Positions 36,179 to 46,460 are shown, numbered from the stretch's first letter. The stretch: 64,000 bases of DNA from Eubacteriales bacterium (GCA_045637625.1 JAZTZU010000005.1:10236-74235); one strand, 5' to 3'. Notes: generated by a model not told the origin, from the letters alone. Program-made: numbers and translations.

Positions 36179-37528
36179 ATGAAAACATTTATGAAAATTA
36201 CAGCTTTGGTACTTTGCATCTGCGTTTTATTTGCAGGTTCAGCATTTTACGCTCAATCAGATGTCGAAGTTCCCGAAGCAGAACAGGGATATCCTCAGTT
36301 CGCAGGAGGAAATCTTGTTGCAACACAGAACGACGCAGTAGACGGAGAGCTTTTTGTTTACGAAAACACAACAGCTTCTGACTTTGATGCGTATTGCACA
36401 GCGCTCGAAAACGCAGGCTATACTTTGAAGTATAACTATGAGCCCGATTACGGAAAGTTCGCAGGATATACGAAGGACAGCGAAACCGTTTATTTTCACT
36501 ATGTTGTAAATAACGGCAGCACAAGAGTCATTCGTGATACCGATGGTGTTTTCCCCGAATTTGAAGAAAAATACACCAAAAGACAGGTAGCGGATACGGC
36601 TTATTTTACTCCCGTTATAAAAAAATCCGAAGCAAAACCCGCTTCTGAAATTCAGCCCAAGATAACACAGATCAATGTTCTTTATTCCGAAGACAACCAC
36701 GGCATGGCTTACGCTTTAACTTTGGGCGACGGCAGTTTCATTTTAATTGACGGTGGTAATACTTGGGAACCTCAGCACATTCATCTTTGGAACGTATTGA
36801 ACGAACTCAACGAACGACCCGACGGAAAAATCATAATCAGAGCATGGATCTTTACTCATGATCATGTAGACCACACACGTTCATTCCTTGCTTTTGCCCC
36901 ACTGTACGGATCACAGTGCCAGCTTGATTCCGTTATTTTCAATGGTCTGAACTATGCATATGAAATTCCGACTTTGATCAGAGATGCTTTGCAGCATTTC
37001 GGAGGAGCTCATGAATTTATCGTGCCCCACGCAGGTCAAAGAATGGCTTTTGTAGATTCCGTTGTTGAAATAATCAGCACACATGAGGATATTTTCCCCA
37101 TTGACTTTGAATCCAATGATTCCAACGATGGTTCCACAATTTTCAGGGTTCATCTTGGTGGACAGACGATTATGTTTACAGGCGATGCTCAGGTTCTGGC
37201 AGGAAATACTGCAATCGGAATCGCGAAGGATTACCTTGCGGCAGATTTCGTTCAGGTTTCCCACCACGGATACGGTGACATCGGATACGATTTCTATAAA
37301 GAAGTCGGCGCATCCTTTGGTTTCTGGCCACATGAAATTGATTATTATGAACAGTATTCACGTGAAAGCACAAGTGAAGTTGACAGAACTCAGTTCTGGT
37401 CCGAAAAAAATATGATCTACTACTCAATGAATCATATTGAAGTTGCAGACCCCTACACTTCTGTTGTTGCTCTTCCCTTTGATTTTAAATACGGTGAAGT
37501 CGTTCACCTCGATATTCCTAAGCCCTGA
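36179..37528 (+). CDS. Secreted metallo-beta-lactamase-fold hydrolase
   Basis: Signal peptide (LFAGSAFYAQSD). HxHxDH motif in WIFTHDHVDHTRSF and a downstream SHHGYGD. ATG at 36179 follows SD GAAAGGGG. Confidence 0.7.
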   Translation: MKTFMKITALVLCICVLFAGSAFYAQSDVEVPEAEQGYPQFAGGNLVATQNDAVDGELFVYENTTASDFDAYCTALENAGYTLKYNYEPDYGKFAGYTKDSETVYFHYVVNNGSTRVIRDTDGVFPEFEEKYTKRQVADTAYFTPVIKKSEAKPASEIQPKITQINVLYSEDNHGMAYALTLGDGSFILIDGGNTWEPQHIHLWNVLNELNERPDGKIIIRAWIFTHDHVDHTRSFLAFAPLYGSQCQLDSVIFNGLNYAYEIPTLIRDALQHFGGAHEFIVPHAGQRMAFVDSVVEIISTHEDIFPIDFESNDSNDGSTIFRVHLGGQTIMFTGDAQVLAGNTAIGIAKDYLAADFVQVSHHGYGDIGYDFYKEVGASFGFWPHEIDYYEQYSRESTSEVDRTQFWSEKNMIYYSMNHIEVADPYTSVVALPFDFKYGEVVHLDIPKP

Positions 37529-37551
37529 ACGGGAGAAAGGCTGATAAAACA

Positions 37552-38889
37552 ATGAAAAAATATTTATCACTTATATTTGTATTGATATTCGTCCTCGTAT
37601 CCGTCTGTGCTTGCGGTGGCAATACTACCGGGGAAACTCCTGCTGACGATGTTCCGCCAAAGGATGTTGAAGACGGAAGCAAAGACGATGTTTCATCAGA
37701 GCCTGTTATTCCCGACTATCTGAAGCACGAGCTCACAGACAAGAATTCAATGTCCCTCGAAAACAGCCCTGTTGAATTTTCTGCAAACGCAGATGCGGCA
37801 AACTTCGACCTCGGTCTTGATATCAACGTCACAAACGCCAACGGCGAAAAAGTTCTTCTCGACGACGTTCTCTTTGTTCTCGAAAAGAAATCCGCAAACG
37901 GAGTAGGCAAAACTGTATTGGAGCCTATCTATGACGGCGAAAACATGAATGTCCGTCTCGGCTCAAAGCTCGTGGTAACACCGGCAGATAACGGTGTCAA
38001 AGTCGAACATATGGGAGACTCCGGTGCAATAAGACTTACAGACTACTACCATTTTGATACAACCAAAGAATATGTAATCGTGCTGGACATTGACGACCTT
38101 ACACTCGGAACGGTAAAAAACACAGAATCAAACACTCCCGGTTGGGAAATGTACGGCAGTATAAAATGGGATACTATCGGAAACTGGACAAAATACTCCA
38201 ACAACCTTTCATGGATGCCTTGGCCCGATTTTGATGCAGAGGGAAGATTTACCTTGTATGCTTCCGATATGATCAGATCTCATCTTCTGGAAATGGACGC
38301 AGAGATAGATACTCTTGATGTTGCGTTGATTCCCGTACTCTACATAAGAGGTAACGGAACTACATTTACGCTTAAGGACTTCCGCCTTGTGGAATGTGAA
38401 CCCGGACTCCAGAACGCACAGAACAGCGCAGATGCAACATATTACACCGACGGAATCGAATCTGTTCTTAAATTCAATAACGGAACAGGTGTCAAAACTT
38501 TTGACTACTATTCCAACGAATACACCGTTGCAAGAAAACTGACACTTACAGACGACGGCCTGATGGTTATCGGAGGTAAGGTCAACGGAAATGTCGCTTA
38601 TGACGGAAGCACTTATACAGTTACTGCGACATACAACGGCATCGAATACGCTGTAACATCAAACAAAACACAGTGCATAGAATTCTACGACAGCGAAGAG
38701 GATATGTACAACGGCAATGCTACGGAATTCCCCACAGAAAACACAAAGTATTGGGTTTCCTATTGCCCTGATCTTAAAATCGGAGAATCCGTATATATGG
38801 CAGTCGCTGCAAATACAGAAAATTCCGACATCGACCTTATATCCACAGCAAGATATGCAATCGACGCTTACTACAGAATCGAGAAATAA
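37552..38889 (+). CDS. Lipoprotein, unknown function
   Basis: Lipobox VSVCAC. 23 nt after the MBL-gene stop with SD GAGAAAGG. No motif recognised. Confidence 0.6.
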   Translation: MKKYLSLIFVLIFVLVSVCACGGNTTGETPADDVPPKDVEDGSKDDVSSEPVIPDYLKHELTDKNSMSLENSPVEFSANADAANFDLGLDINVTNANGEKVLLDDVLFVLEKKSANGVGKTVLEPIYDGENMNVRLGSKLVVTPADNGVKVEHMGDSGAIRLTDYYHFDTTKEYVIVLDIDDLTLGTVKNTESNTPGWEMYGSIKWDTIGNWTKYSNNLSWMPWPDFDAEGRFTLYASDMIRSHLLEMDAEIDTLDVALIPVLYIRGNGTTFTLKDFRLVECEPGLQNAQNSADATYYTDGIESVLKFNNGTGVKTFDYYSNEYTVARKLTLTDDGLMVIGGKVNGNVAYDGSTYTVTATYNGIEYAVTSNKTQCIEFYDSEEDMYNGNATEFPTENTKYWVSYCPDLKIGESVYMAVAANTENSDIDLISTARYAIDAYYRIEK

Positions 38890-38908
38890 AAATTCGGTAA
38901 AAAAATAT

Positions 38909-38947
38909 CACCCCAAAAGTGTTTTGCTTTTGGGGTGTATGTTTTTT
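38909..38947. terminator. Bidirectional intrinsic terminator between convergent operons
   Basis: CACCCCAAAAG / CTTTTGGGGTG stem, with an A-run upstream and a T-run downstream. Confidence 0.8.
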
Positions 38948-38955
38948 AATTAAAA

Positions 38956-41193
38956 TCAGTCAACTCTGCCCATCTGGTCAAAGGGAAGTTCTTCAAAGTC
39001 GGGGCAAAGCTCTTTCATTATTGAATCTGCTTTGAGCGTAAAGTCTTCGTTGTGCCATGAAGGGAAGTCGCTGAGACTATTCCTGATGATGTAGTTATCA
39101 GAAACTTCTGAGAATTTGGGGACATCAGGGTCAAATTTGTAGGGGTAAGTATTGTATGATTCTGCGGGATTATCGTTGAAATAATATGTGATATTATTTT
39201 TTATTGAGTTGTTTGCAGGGTTACCGGAAAGCAGAGGATCGTCAAGATCGCCTTCATAGCCTTCGTACCAGGGAATGATCTGACCATAGATTGGGAAGGC
39301 GTTGACCCATGCTTCATTGCGGTTTGCAACAAGTGCATTAGCCATTTCCTCATCGTGTGTGAACCATGCGCTGTCGGGTCGAAGCATTTCGTCACGTGCT
39401 CTCTGGTCATAGAAGATCGGATAGTTTCCCGTATTGATCAGGAGATTGTTTTCAATAACATTGTCTCGGCCTCCGCCTGCGAGTATCGCATAAGATGAAG
39501 TGTTGACGATGATATTACCGTAAGCTGTCTGACCTGAGAGACCATCGTCCCAATATATTGCGTGGGCGTGAACGTCATCCCAACCGATATCGTGAATGTA
39601 GTTATATCTGATCACAGAACCGTAAGTCAGGAAGTTTCTGCCTGTATAAAGCGCGCCGCAGTCGGCAGTTTCAAGACATACGTTGTAAACTTCGTTGTAT
39701 TCGATTATATGGTTTGGACCACTCCAGCCGATAGCCTGATGGGGAGCGTTGCAGATTTCGTTGTGAGAAACAGTGGCTGCGCAACCGAAAACTTCAATCG
39801 CGGACTGATAAGTTCTCTGAATTACCGCATAGTCATGTACGTAGTTGTTGTAAATAAGGTTTCCAGAGGGGATAAGCTCTACTTGGTTTCCTCCACCGAC
39901 GCTTATTCCGTAAGTGCCAATGCTGAAGAGTTCGCAGTTCTGAACTGTGATATTTGTGCCGTGCGCGGACAAACCACCGCCGCGAACGTTATAGATCTTA
40001 CAGTTGTCCACCACAATATCATTACCTGTAACATTCATACCGCCGCTTCTTGTTGCGCACAGAGAGAATCCTTTAAAATTCAGATAAGAAATTGAGGATG
40101 CTTCAATCACATTTGCCTGCAATTCAGACATCATGATCTCTGCGGACTCAAAATTTTCTGTCTTGTAAATGTAAAGGATTCCTGTTTCCTTGTCGATGAA
40201 AAATTCACCGGGCATATCAATTTCATCGTATACGTTGAGGAAGTAGAAAGGAGCACCTCTTGAAACACCGTATGTAACAGCGGCTGCAAGAGTAACAGAC
40301 GCTTCTTCTGTATTGAATTCGCCGATCAGCGGAGTGGATGATGACCATGACCATTTGAAATAGCCCTGCGCATAAATATCATCGTAAGAGGACCATTTTG
40401 AAATATGTTCGTTTACTTCTTCGTTAACGGTGAAAATACCGCCTCTGTTGTGAATTGCGGGGTCGTAACCTTCAACGTAATATGCGGTGCCGCGCCCGTC
40501 AAAGTTAATGTCTGTAAATGCTTCATGGACATCCCCGACAAAGATTACATCTTTAGTGCGTGCAAAATCATTGTTCGGATAACGTGAGAGTGTTGCTCTG
40601 TTGCCATCAATGAAGATTTCCATTGAATTTGAACCAACAGTAGAGATATCCTCTATGCTGATCCCGTATTTTGCAAGGTCAACTTTGACTACCATATTCC
40701 GTGCTGTTTCGTCAATAAGACGGGCTTTTTCGTCATCATTAAGAGCTTCAAAATCTGAGGCGGAAAGAATGAGACCGCCTGTGAGTACCGCACCGTATTC
40801 CTCTTCGGAAACATATGTTATCGGGCTTTCAGCGGTACCGGAATCTTCAGCTGTGAACTTTAAGGATTCTGTAAGTTTGTACTGGCCGGATTTGACAAGA
40901 ACCGTTACTCCGCCAACGGGTAGATTTTCGTTTGCTTTGAGTTCTCTTATTTTTGCCTGAGCTTCCTGAATGGTTTTGAATGGCGCGGATTCTGAACCGT
41001 CACCGCTTGTTTCTGCGTTGGCATCAACATAAAGAGTCAAGGCGGAGCCTTCAACTGAGGAAGAATATTTTTTTTCTGATTTTTCCTCGTTGAAGCTTAA
41101 AAGATTTTCCAGGTTCGGTGCAGAGCAGGACGCAAGCGTGGAGCAGCCCACTATTGCCGCCATCGCTGTCGCTGCAATTTTTTTGAGATTCAT
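38956..41193 (-). CDS. Right-handed beta-helix repeat lipoprotein, paralogue of 26811-28988
   Basis: Lipobox LASC. About three quarters of residues are identical to the 26811 protein over the roughly 107-residue stretch I aligned by eye (SSSVEGSALTLYVDANA ... DFEAL). Same beta-helix coil motifs. Confidence 0.7.
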   Translation of the reverse strand: MNLKKIAATAMAAIVGCSTLASCSAPNLENLLSFNEEKSEKKYSSSVEGSALTLYVDANAETSGDGSESAPFKTIQEAQAKIRELKANENLPVGGVTVLVKSGQYKLTESLKFTAEDSGTAESPITYVSEEEYGAVLTGGLILSASDFEALNDDEKARLIDETARNMVVKVDLAKYGISIEDISTVGSNSMEIFIDGNRATLSRYPNNDFARTKDVIFVGDVHEAFTDINFDGRGTAYYVEGYDPAIHNRGGIFTVNEEVNEHISKWSSYDDIYAQGYFKWSWSSSTPLIGEFNTEEASVTLAAAVTYGVSRGAPFYFLNVYDEIDMPGEFFIDKETGILYIYKTENFESAEIMMSELQANVIEASSISYLNFKGFSLCATRSGGMNVTGNDIVVDNCKIYNVRGGGLSAHGTNITVQNCELFSIGTYGISVGGGNQVELIPSGNLIYNNYVHDYAVIQRTYQSAIEVFGCAATVSHNEICNAPHQAIGWSGPNHIIEYNEVYNVCLETADCGALYTGRNFLTYGSVIRYNYIHDIGWDDVHAHAIYWDDGLSGQTAYGNIIVNTSSYAILAGGGRDNVIENNLLINTGNYPIFYDQRARDEMLRPDSAWFTHDEEMANALVANRNEAWVNAFPIYGQIIPWYEGYEGDLDDPLLSGNPANNSIKNNITYYFNDNPAESYNTYPYKFDPDVPKFSEVSDNYIIRNSLSDFPSWHNEDFTLKADSIMKELCPDFEELPFDQMGRVD

Positions 41194-41216
41194 GATGTCC
41201 TCTCCTTAAATTTTAT

Positions 41217-43253
41217 TTAAATTCTTTCTTCGCTCATTTCGAAAACAAGCTCGCCGCCGTTCATCATATCTGTAACTGCGAGTTCGAAGTTTTCGAGAAC
41301 TTTGCCGTTGAAAGTAACTTTCTTTGTATAAATGCCTTTGCCGTTTCTCTTGATTACGAGGTCAGCTTTTGGCAGATGCATTGTAGCTTCTTCAAATCTT
41401 GGTGTGCCGCAGATCATTGTGTTGAAACCGCTGATGGGGAAGAGACCGAGGGCATTCCACATATAGCAGGATGTAAGACCGCCGCTGTCGTTGTTTCCGG
41501 GGAGACCGCCGATTCCTGTTGTGAACATATATTCAACGCCTGCGTAGGAGATTTCGCAATACATATTTCTGTCAACGTAATGGCAGAATGCTGGCGCTTC
41601 CATATCGGATTCGTTGTTGTAGCCTTCAAATCTGTTTGTGGGATCATCGGGGTTTGTGTAACCGAAGAAGATTTCAAGCATATTTTTGTAGAAATCCTTG
41701 CCGTGTTCAGCAATTCTTTCCTTACATTCAGGTGTGGGACGGAAGGAATAGTTGAAGTGTGAACCTTCGTAGTACCAGGAATTTGCCTTGATAAGTCCGT
41801 TTTCGTAAACGCCCTTGTAGAGGTTTGCAAGTTCGAGGAATTTTTCAGATCTGTCATCCATTCCGAAGTCCTTGGCCATATTGGAAAGAACTCTGTATGC
41901 GCCTGTGATGTCAACTATTGCCGCAGCTCTGGGGATACCTATATGACAGTTGCGCACTTCATCTTCGTATCTCATGCTGTCTTCGGAAGCCTGCTCGAAG
42001 AGTTTCTTATAATCAGCATCAATATTTCTGTAGTAAGCATCGCCGATGGTGTGTTCCGCGAGCATACAAGCCTGATTTTTGCAAGTACCGAGATCACTGG
42101 AGACCATATAGCAATGGGGGAATTCACCTGTCACATCATAGAATCGGTTGAAAGTATCCATGATTTTTTTGCCCATTTCGGGGTAAAGAGTCATGATGAG
42201 AGGCAACTGTGTCTTATAGATATCCCACATTGTGGAGAGATCAAGAATATTTGCATGGGGTTCGTCGTCGTAGCCTTCAATGAAACCTTCTCCTGTGAAG
42301 TCTGCGGGTTTGACCAAAGTGTGGTAGAAGTTGGAGTAGAATATTTCTTTTTCTCTGTCATCTGCTTTGATTTCGATTGCGGAAAGAGCCTTTTCCCATA
42401 CATCGGAAGCGGTTGCTTTCATTTCTTCGAAAGATGAATTTTCATTTTCGGAAAGAGCTATCGCGTGTTCCATGCTCTTGAGGGATGTTGTCAGCTTAAG
42501 GATTTTTACGCCTGCTGTGTCGAAATTGAATGTTCCGATAAGGGGATCGTGGGAAAATTCGGTTTTTTCCATTGAAGTTCCGCAGTTTCCGTCTTTGTCG
42601 TAAACGCAGGAGGAATCGGAATCTTCGCATTTTACAACGAAATACCATTTAACATTTCTGATGATCATTTCAGCGCGGATCTCGTTTTTGCTGATTGCTT
42701 CAACCTTACCCTTTGTGATGTCCTTTGGATCGGGGTCGTAAAGACCGTCATGCGCAAAATCTATAGAAATATTGGAATCGGGTTTATCGAATGTATATCT
42801 GTGAAGAACTGCTTTTTCTGAAACTGTGGTTTCGCAGAGAATGTCTTCTGTAAGAACGGAATAATAGCCCGGTTCGGCTTTTTCACTGAGGACGGGTCTT
42901 TCGCTGTATACAGGAGTTTTTCCGTAAGCAGGGGATGTGAGCGCGTAGTTGTAGTAAACGCCGATCGTGCCTGTACCGCTCTGCTGGAAATGCGCGAGAC
43001 CGAAGAACTTCAGTTCATCGTGGAGATACTGGCAGGGAGGCTCGCAGGAAACCCTGTTGATACCATATCCGGTGGGGTAGCCTTTTGTGTGCAGACAGCA
43101 GGAATATTTGCCGAAAGGCAGCTGTGCGCCGGGATGAGTGTTTCCTGTTACAGCCTTGATAAAATACCAAGCAGCGGCAATTCCTTTGGGTTCAGGCAAT
43201 TTTGTAGCGCCGTTACCCTGAAAAACATTAACGTGTGATGTATACTTGTTCAT
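41217..43253 (-). CDS. Glycoside hydrolase family 92-like (alpha-mannosidase family), no signal peptide
   Basis: N-terminal VNVFQGNG ... TGNTHPGAQLPFG, central YYEGSHFNYSFRP, and C-terminal GLPGNNDSGGLTSCYMWNALGLFP. These match GH92 signature blocks as I recall them. Confidence 0.75.
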   Translation of the reverse strand: MNKYTSHVNVFQGNGATKLPEPKGIAAAWYFIKAVTGNTHPGAQLPFGKYSCCLHTKGYPTGYGINRVSCEPPCQYLHDELKFFGLAHFQQSGTGTIGVYYNYALTSPAYGKTPVYSERPVLSEKAEPGYYSVLTEDILCETTVSEKAVLHRYTFDKPDSNISIDFAHDGLYDPDPKDITKGKVEAISKNEIRAEMIIRNVKWYFVVKCEDSDSSCVYDKDGNCGTSMEKTEFSHDPLIGTFNFDTAGVKILKLTTSLKSMEHAIALSENENSSFEEMKATASDVWEKALSAIEIKADDREKEIFYSNFYHTLVKPADFTGEGFIEGYDDEPHANILDLSTMWDIYKTQLPLIMTLYPEMGKKIMDTFNRFYDVTGEFPHCYMVSSDLGTCKNQACMLAEHTIGDAYYRNIDADYKKLFEQASEDSMRYEDEVRNCHIGIPRAAAIVDITGAYRVLSNMAKDFGMDDRSEKFLELANLYKGVYENGLIKANSWYYEGSHFNYSFRPTPECKERIAEHGKDFYKNMLEIFFGYTNPDDPTNRFEGYNNESDMEAPAFCHYVDRNMYCEISYAGVEYMFTTGIGGLPGNNDSGGLTSCYMWNALGLFPISGFNTMICGTPRFEEATMHLPKADLVIKRNGKGIYTKKVTFNGKVLENFELAVTDMMNGGELVFEMSEERI

Positions 43254-43278
43254 AATTGAAATCTCCTTAATATTTCAT

Positions 43279-44937
43279 TCAGTTTTCATTGTCAATTTTT
43301 GCGGAATAATCTTCCCAGACTTTGCGTATTTCATTCCAATCTTCATAGGTAAATTTGAATTCGCGGGAATCTCCGATCATATAAATATCGGGAACTCCAA
43401 GTTCAACGGCTCTGAGATAATACTCTTTGGCTTCTCTGTAATTTGAACGGTTCGAGGAATCCGTGTCTATAAGAGCGTGAGGCATCGCCGCATGGAACAT
43501 ATCCCGACGGTATTCCATAACAGGCATCATTGAACGCATGCTGTCTCTGTAGTCATGGAGTCTCACCTGATCTGTAACTTCCGCAAAATACGGATGGGCA
43601 CAGCTGTTATTTATCAATGCATCGGGTTTTGTCGCTTTTGCCGCATCATAGAAAAGCTTCATCATCCGTTTTACAAGTTCAATTCCGTAAACATTCTTTT
43701 CGTATGCTCTGATTTCTTTGGGCATAAAAATACAGTTTACAAAATCAAGCTTGAATCCGTCACAGTTGAAACATCCTTCATCTGAGGACAGTAATTTATG
43801 AACCGTTTCACGGAGACGCTTCTGATATTTGGGATTTGTGGGATCGGCAGCATAGGGCTGCTGTTCAAGAGTCAGACATTCATCAGCATCAAGCCCTTCC
43901 GAATTCCATACTTTAACCCAAAGCATAACCTTTCTGCCCTTTTCATGCTGAGAATCCACAAAAGTTCTCATATCGGGCCATTTTTTCGGGTCAGGCAGAA
44001 GCTCTCCGTATTTGCCCTGCCACTTGTCGTCGATTATCATTGCCGTAGGATGCAGGTCAAGCTCGTCAAGCCTGTCGCTCAATTTGCTGTAAAATTCCTG
44101 ATGTGCGAAATCCAACTCGCTAATTTTCATTTTATAGCCGGTTTCGACTTGGTCACCCCAACCGCAGTGGAGAGGGCCTTTCCACCAACGTTCTTTCTTT
44201 TCGGAACCACGCTTACAGAATCCGTGGCTGTAATTGAATTCAGAATACGCTTTTACTGTTTCAGCGTCCGAATTTCCGAATCCACCCCAGATACCCTGGG
44301 ATTCCCATTTGCCGTTGACTTCAGTTTTTCCGTCAAGCATTATCTCAAAATGACAGCGGTTATTATGGTTTTTATAAAGGAATCTGTTAAAATTATACTG
44401 ACCTTCACGGGCAAGAAGTCCTACGCCTGCCCACCCTTTCAGACCAACAGTCCAGAACGGATAGACAAAGGGAGGCGGAGTCATGAACCCCATACCGATA
44501 TTACAGTCCGAATTTATAAACCTTGTCATTCTTTCCCTGTCAAAGTTTGCGGCTTCGGGAAGAGCGTAACCTGCGACTTCGTATTTCGCTCCGGGCTGTG
44601 CACTTTCCGGTGAGCCAATAAAAAATTGTACAGAATCGGGGCTTCCGTTGCCTTCGATGGCGATTCTGAAATAGAATCCGTCTTTATATACATCCAATAT
44701 GTATGTTTTCTTGTGCCAGAGTTCGCTTGCAGACAGCCATTCTACTCTGACGAAATCTTCTTTTTCCGAAAAAATAGGTTCGCTGAGGAAAATATCCCTG
44801 TCCGAATTTCCGTTTGCGGGAATTCTGCACTGTACAGGGAATGAGAATATTTCCAATCCCTCCTGAACCATATTAAAACGATCTCTGAATACACAAATTT
44901 TATTTGTACCAATAGTAATTTCTTTTATCTGTTCCAT
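43279..44937 (-). CDS. TIM-barrel glycoside hydrolase, clan GH-D-like (GH27/31/36-type motifs), family unassigned
   Basis: MIIDDKWQGKYG (compare DDGW) and CDGFKLDFVN (compare KxD) on predicted beta-strand ends. No signal peptide. Weak assignment. Confidence 0.5.
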   Translation of the reverse strand: MEQIKEITIGTNKICVFRDRFNMVQEGLEIFSFPVQCRIPANGNSDRDIFLSEPIFSEKEDFVRVEWLSASELWHKKTYILDVYKDGFYFRIAIEGNGSPDSVQFFIGSPESAQPGAKYEVAGYALPEAANFDRERMTRFINSDCNIGMGFMTPPPFVYPFWTVGLKGWAGVGLLAREGQYNFNRFLYKNHNNRCHFEIMLDGKTEVNGKWESQGIWGGFGNSDAETVKAYSEFNYSHGFCKRGSEKKERWWKGPLHCGWGDQVETGYKMKISELDFAHQEFYSKLSDRLDELDLHPTAMIIDDKWQGKYGELLPDPKKWPDMRTFVDSQHEKGRKVMLWVKVWNSEGLDADECLTLEQQPYAADPTNPKYQKRLRETVHKLLSSDEGCFNCDGFKLDFVNCIFMPKEIRAYEKNVYGIELVKRMMKLFYDAAKATKPDALINNSCAHPYFAEVTDQVRLHDYRDSMRSMMPVMEYRRDMFHAAMPHALIDTDSSNRSNYREAKEYYLRAVELGVPDIYMIGDSREFKFTYEDWNEIRKVWEDYSAKIDNEN

Positions 44938-44945
44938 AGTTTTTC

Positions 44946-45953
44946 CTATAATAATTCAATCAAGTTGTTAATTTGTTCTTCTGTGGTAAGGTGGGTCGTT
45001 ACAAGTCGGATGATATCCTTATCCTCTTCCCAATAGTGGAGCGAATATTTTTCTGTCATTCGTGCAACGCGTTCATGGTCGATTATACAGAAAAGAAGGT
45101 TCGATTCCACTTTATACGCAGTTTTTATACCCTTTTCGAGAAGTTTTTTCTCCAAAAGCTTCGCCATATCCGTGGCGATCTTACCGTTCCTGAACCAAAG
45201 TCCGTCCTTCAGAAGTTCTATAAGCTGAACGCTGAGAAACTTTGATTTTGAAAGATGCTGCAGAGACTGTTTTTGAGAATATACAAGGTTCCCGGAAAAC
45301 TCTTTTCTTCTGAAAATGACCATTTCACCGAACATTGCACCTGCTTTTGTCCCACCGAAAGTGAACGCATCAATATCGGGATATTCGATCATTGTTTTTA
45401 TGTCGGTATTCAAAGCCGCTATCGCGGTGAAAAGTCTTGCCCCGTCAAGGTAAACATACATTCCGTTTGAATGAGCGTAATCGCAGATTTCTTTCAGCTC
45501 ATCGGGAGTGTACACTGTCCCAAGCTCCGTAGGCTGAGCAAGGGTGATAACTTTTGGAATATATTTGTGGTTGATATGAATTTTCAGCAGTTCTTTTATC
45601 AGATCAACGGTTATTTTTCCGTCGGGGCTGGGAATTGTCAGTATCTTATTGCCCAAATTATACTCAAAAGCACCTGCTTCGTAGTTATCAATGTGGGTCT
45701 GTTCTGTACAGAGAACGCTGTCCCAACGGTTAAGCATCGCTTTCAGGGCAATAGTGTTTGCAGCCGTGCCGTTTATTGCAAAAGTTGTATATATTTCATC
45801 CTTAAAATTTTTCTGCATCAGCTCCGTAGCTTTTGCGGCGTAAGATTCAACGCTGTAACCTCCGTCAACAGGTTCGGAATTGGCTTTTATCATCGCATTT
45901 AAAATATTTTCGTGAGTGTTTATCCACACTTCTCCTCTGAAATCGTTAAGCAT
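44946..45953 (-). CDS. PLP-dependent threonine-aldolase / beta-eliminating-lyase family enzyme
   Basis: INGTAANTIALKAML and FTFGGTKAGAMFGE (PLP lysine context). Start set at the ATG at 45953 (MLNDFRGE), preceded by SD AGGAAGAG and lying 13 nt after the ArsR-gene stop. Confidence 0.65.
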   Translation of the reverse strand: MLNDFRGEVWINTHENILNAMIKANSEPVDGGYSVESYAAKATELMQKNFKDEIYTTFAINGTAANTIALKAMLNRWDSVLCTEQTHIDNYEAGAFEYNLGNKILTIPSPDGKITVDLIKELLKIHINHKYIPKVITLAQPTELGTVYTPDELKEICDYAHSNGMYVYLDGARLFTAIAALNTDIKTMIEYPDIDAFTFGGTKAGAMFGEMVIFRRKEFSGNLVYSQKQSLQHLSKSKFLSVQLIELLKDGLWFRNGKIATDMAKLLEKKLLEKGIKTAYKVESNLLFCIIDHERVARMTEKYSLHYWEEDKDIIRLVTTHLTTEEQINNLIELL

Positions 45954-45966
45954 TTTTACTCTTCCT

Positions 45967-46353
45967 TTAATCATTATTTATTGGGCAGACTATCTCCATA
46001 AACAATTCCATCGCCTCGTGGAGCATTTTCGCCTGTGAATTGTCAGCAGCCTTGTAATAAACCTCTTTACCTTCACGGCGACTTTCAATCAGTCCCGAAA
46101 TTTTCAGTATTTTCAAGTGATGCGATATGGCAGGGCTGGACATTTTCATCATTGCGGAAAGATTTATCACGCAGTCCTCACAATGACAAAGTATCCAGAA
46201 AATTTTAAGTCTGTTTTTATCCGCTAATTGGTCAAAAACATCTGCAACCGCTGAAAAATTATTGTCCTGCGGCAGTTTTTGAAAAACTTCAACCGATTTT
46301 TCCCCGTGGTTGTGGGGTAATTCGCCATGAGTCAAGGATAAGCCTTCTTTCAA
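45967..46353 (-). CDS. ArsR/SmtB-family metal-sensing transcriptional repressor (CadC-like)
   Basis: Winged HTH NRLKIFWILCHCEDCVINLSAMMKMSSPAISHHLKILKISGLIESRREGKEVYY, with a CxC in the alpha3 position and a His-rich N-terminus. Confidence 0.85.
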   Translation of the reverse strand: MKEGLSLTHGELPHNHGEKSVEVFQKLPQDNNFSAVADVFDQLADKNRLKIFWILCHCEDCVINLSAMMKMSSPAISHHLKILKISGLIESRREGKEVYYKAADNSQAKMLHEAMELFMEIVCPINND

Positions 46354-46460
46354 TTTAATAAAATCTGTTCTTCATATAATTATAACATAAATCAGAACGT
46401 AAATAAAGTGCAAAAATGTAACTTTTTATAAAACTTGAAAATCTTTTCAATCTGTCCCCC

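Noticed and set aside
26811-41193. The inverted paralogue pair considered as the ends of a composite transposon or invertible segment.
   Set aside because: The repeats are diverged full-length coding genes, not IS elements. No transposase or invertase is present, and the enclosed DNA holds core genes (the clpC operon).
43798-44613. 271-aa plus-strand ORF.
   Set aside because: Antisense to the 552-aa hydrolase gene, which sits in an SD-coupled operon. No motif recognised.
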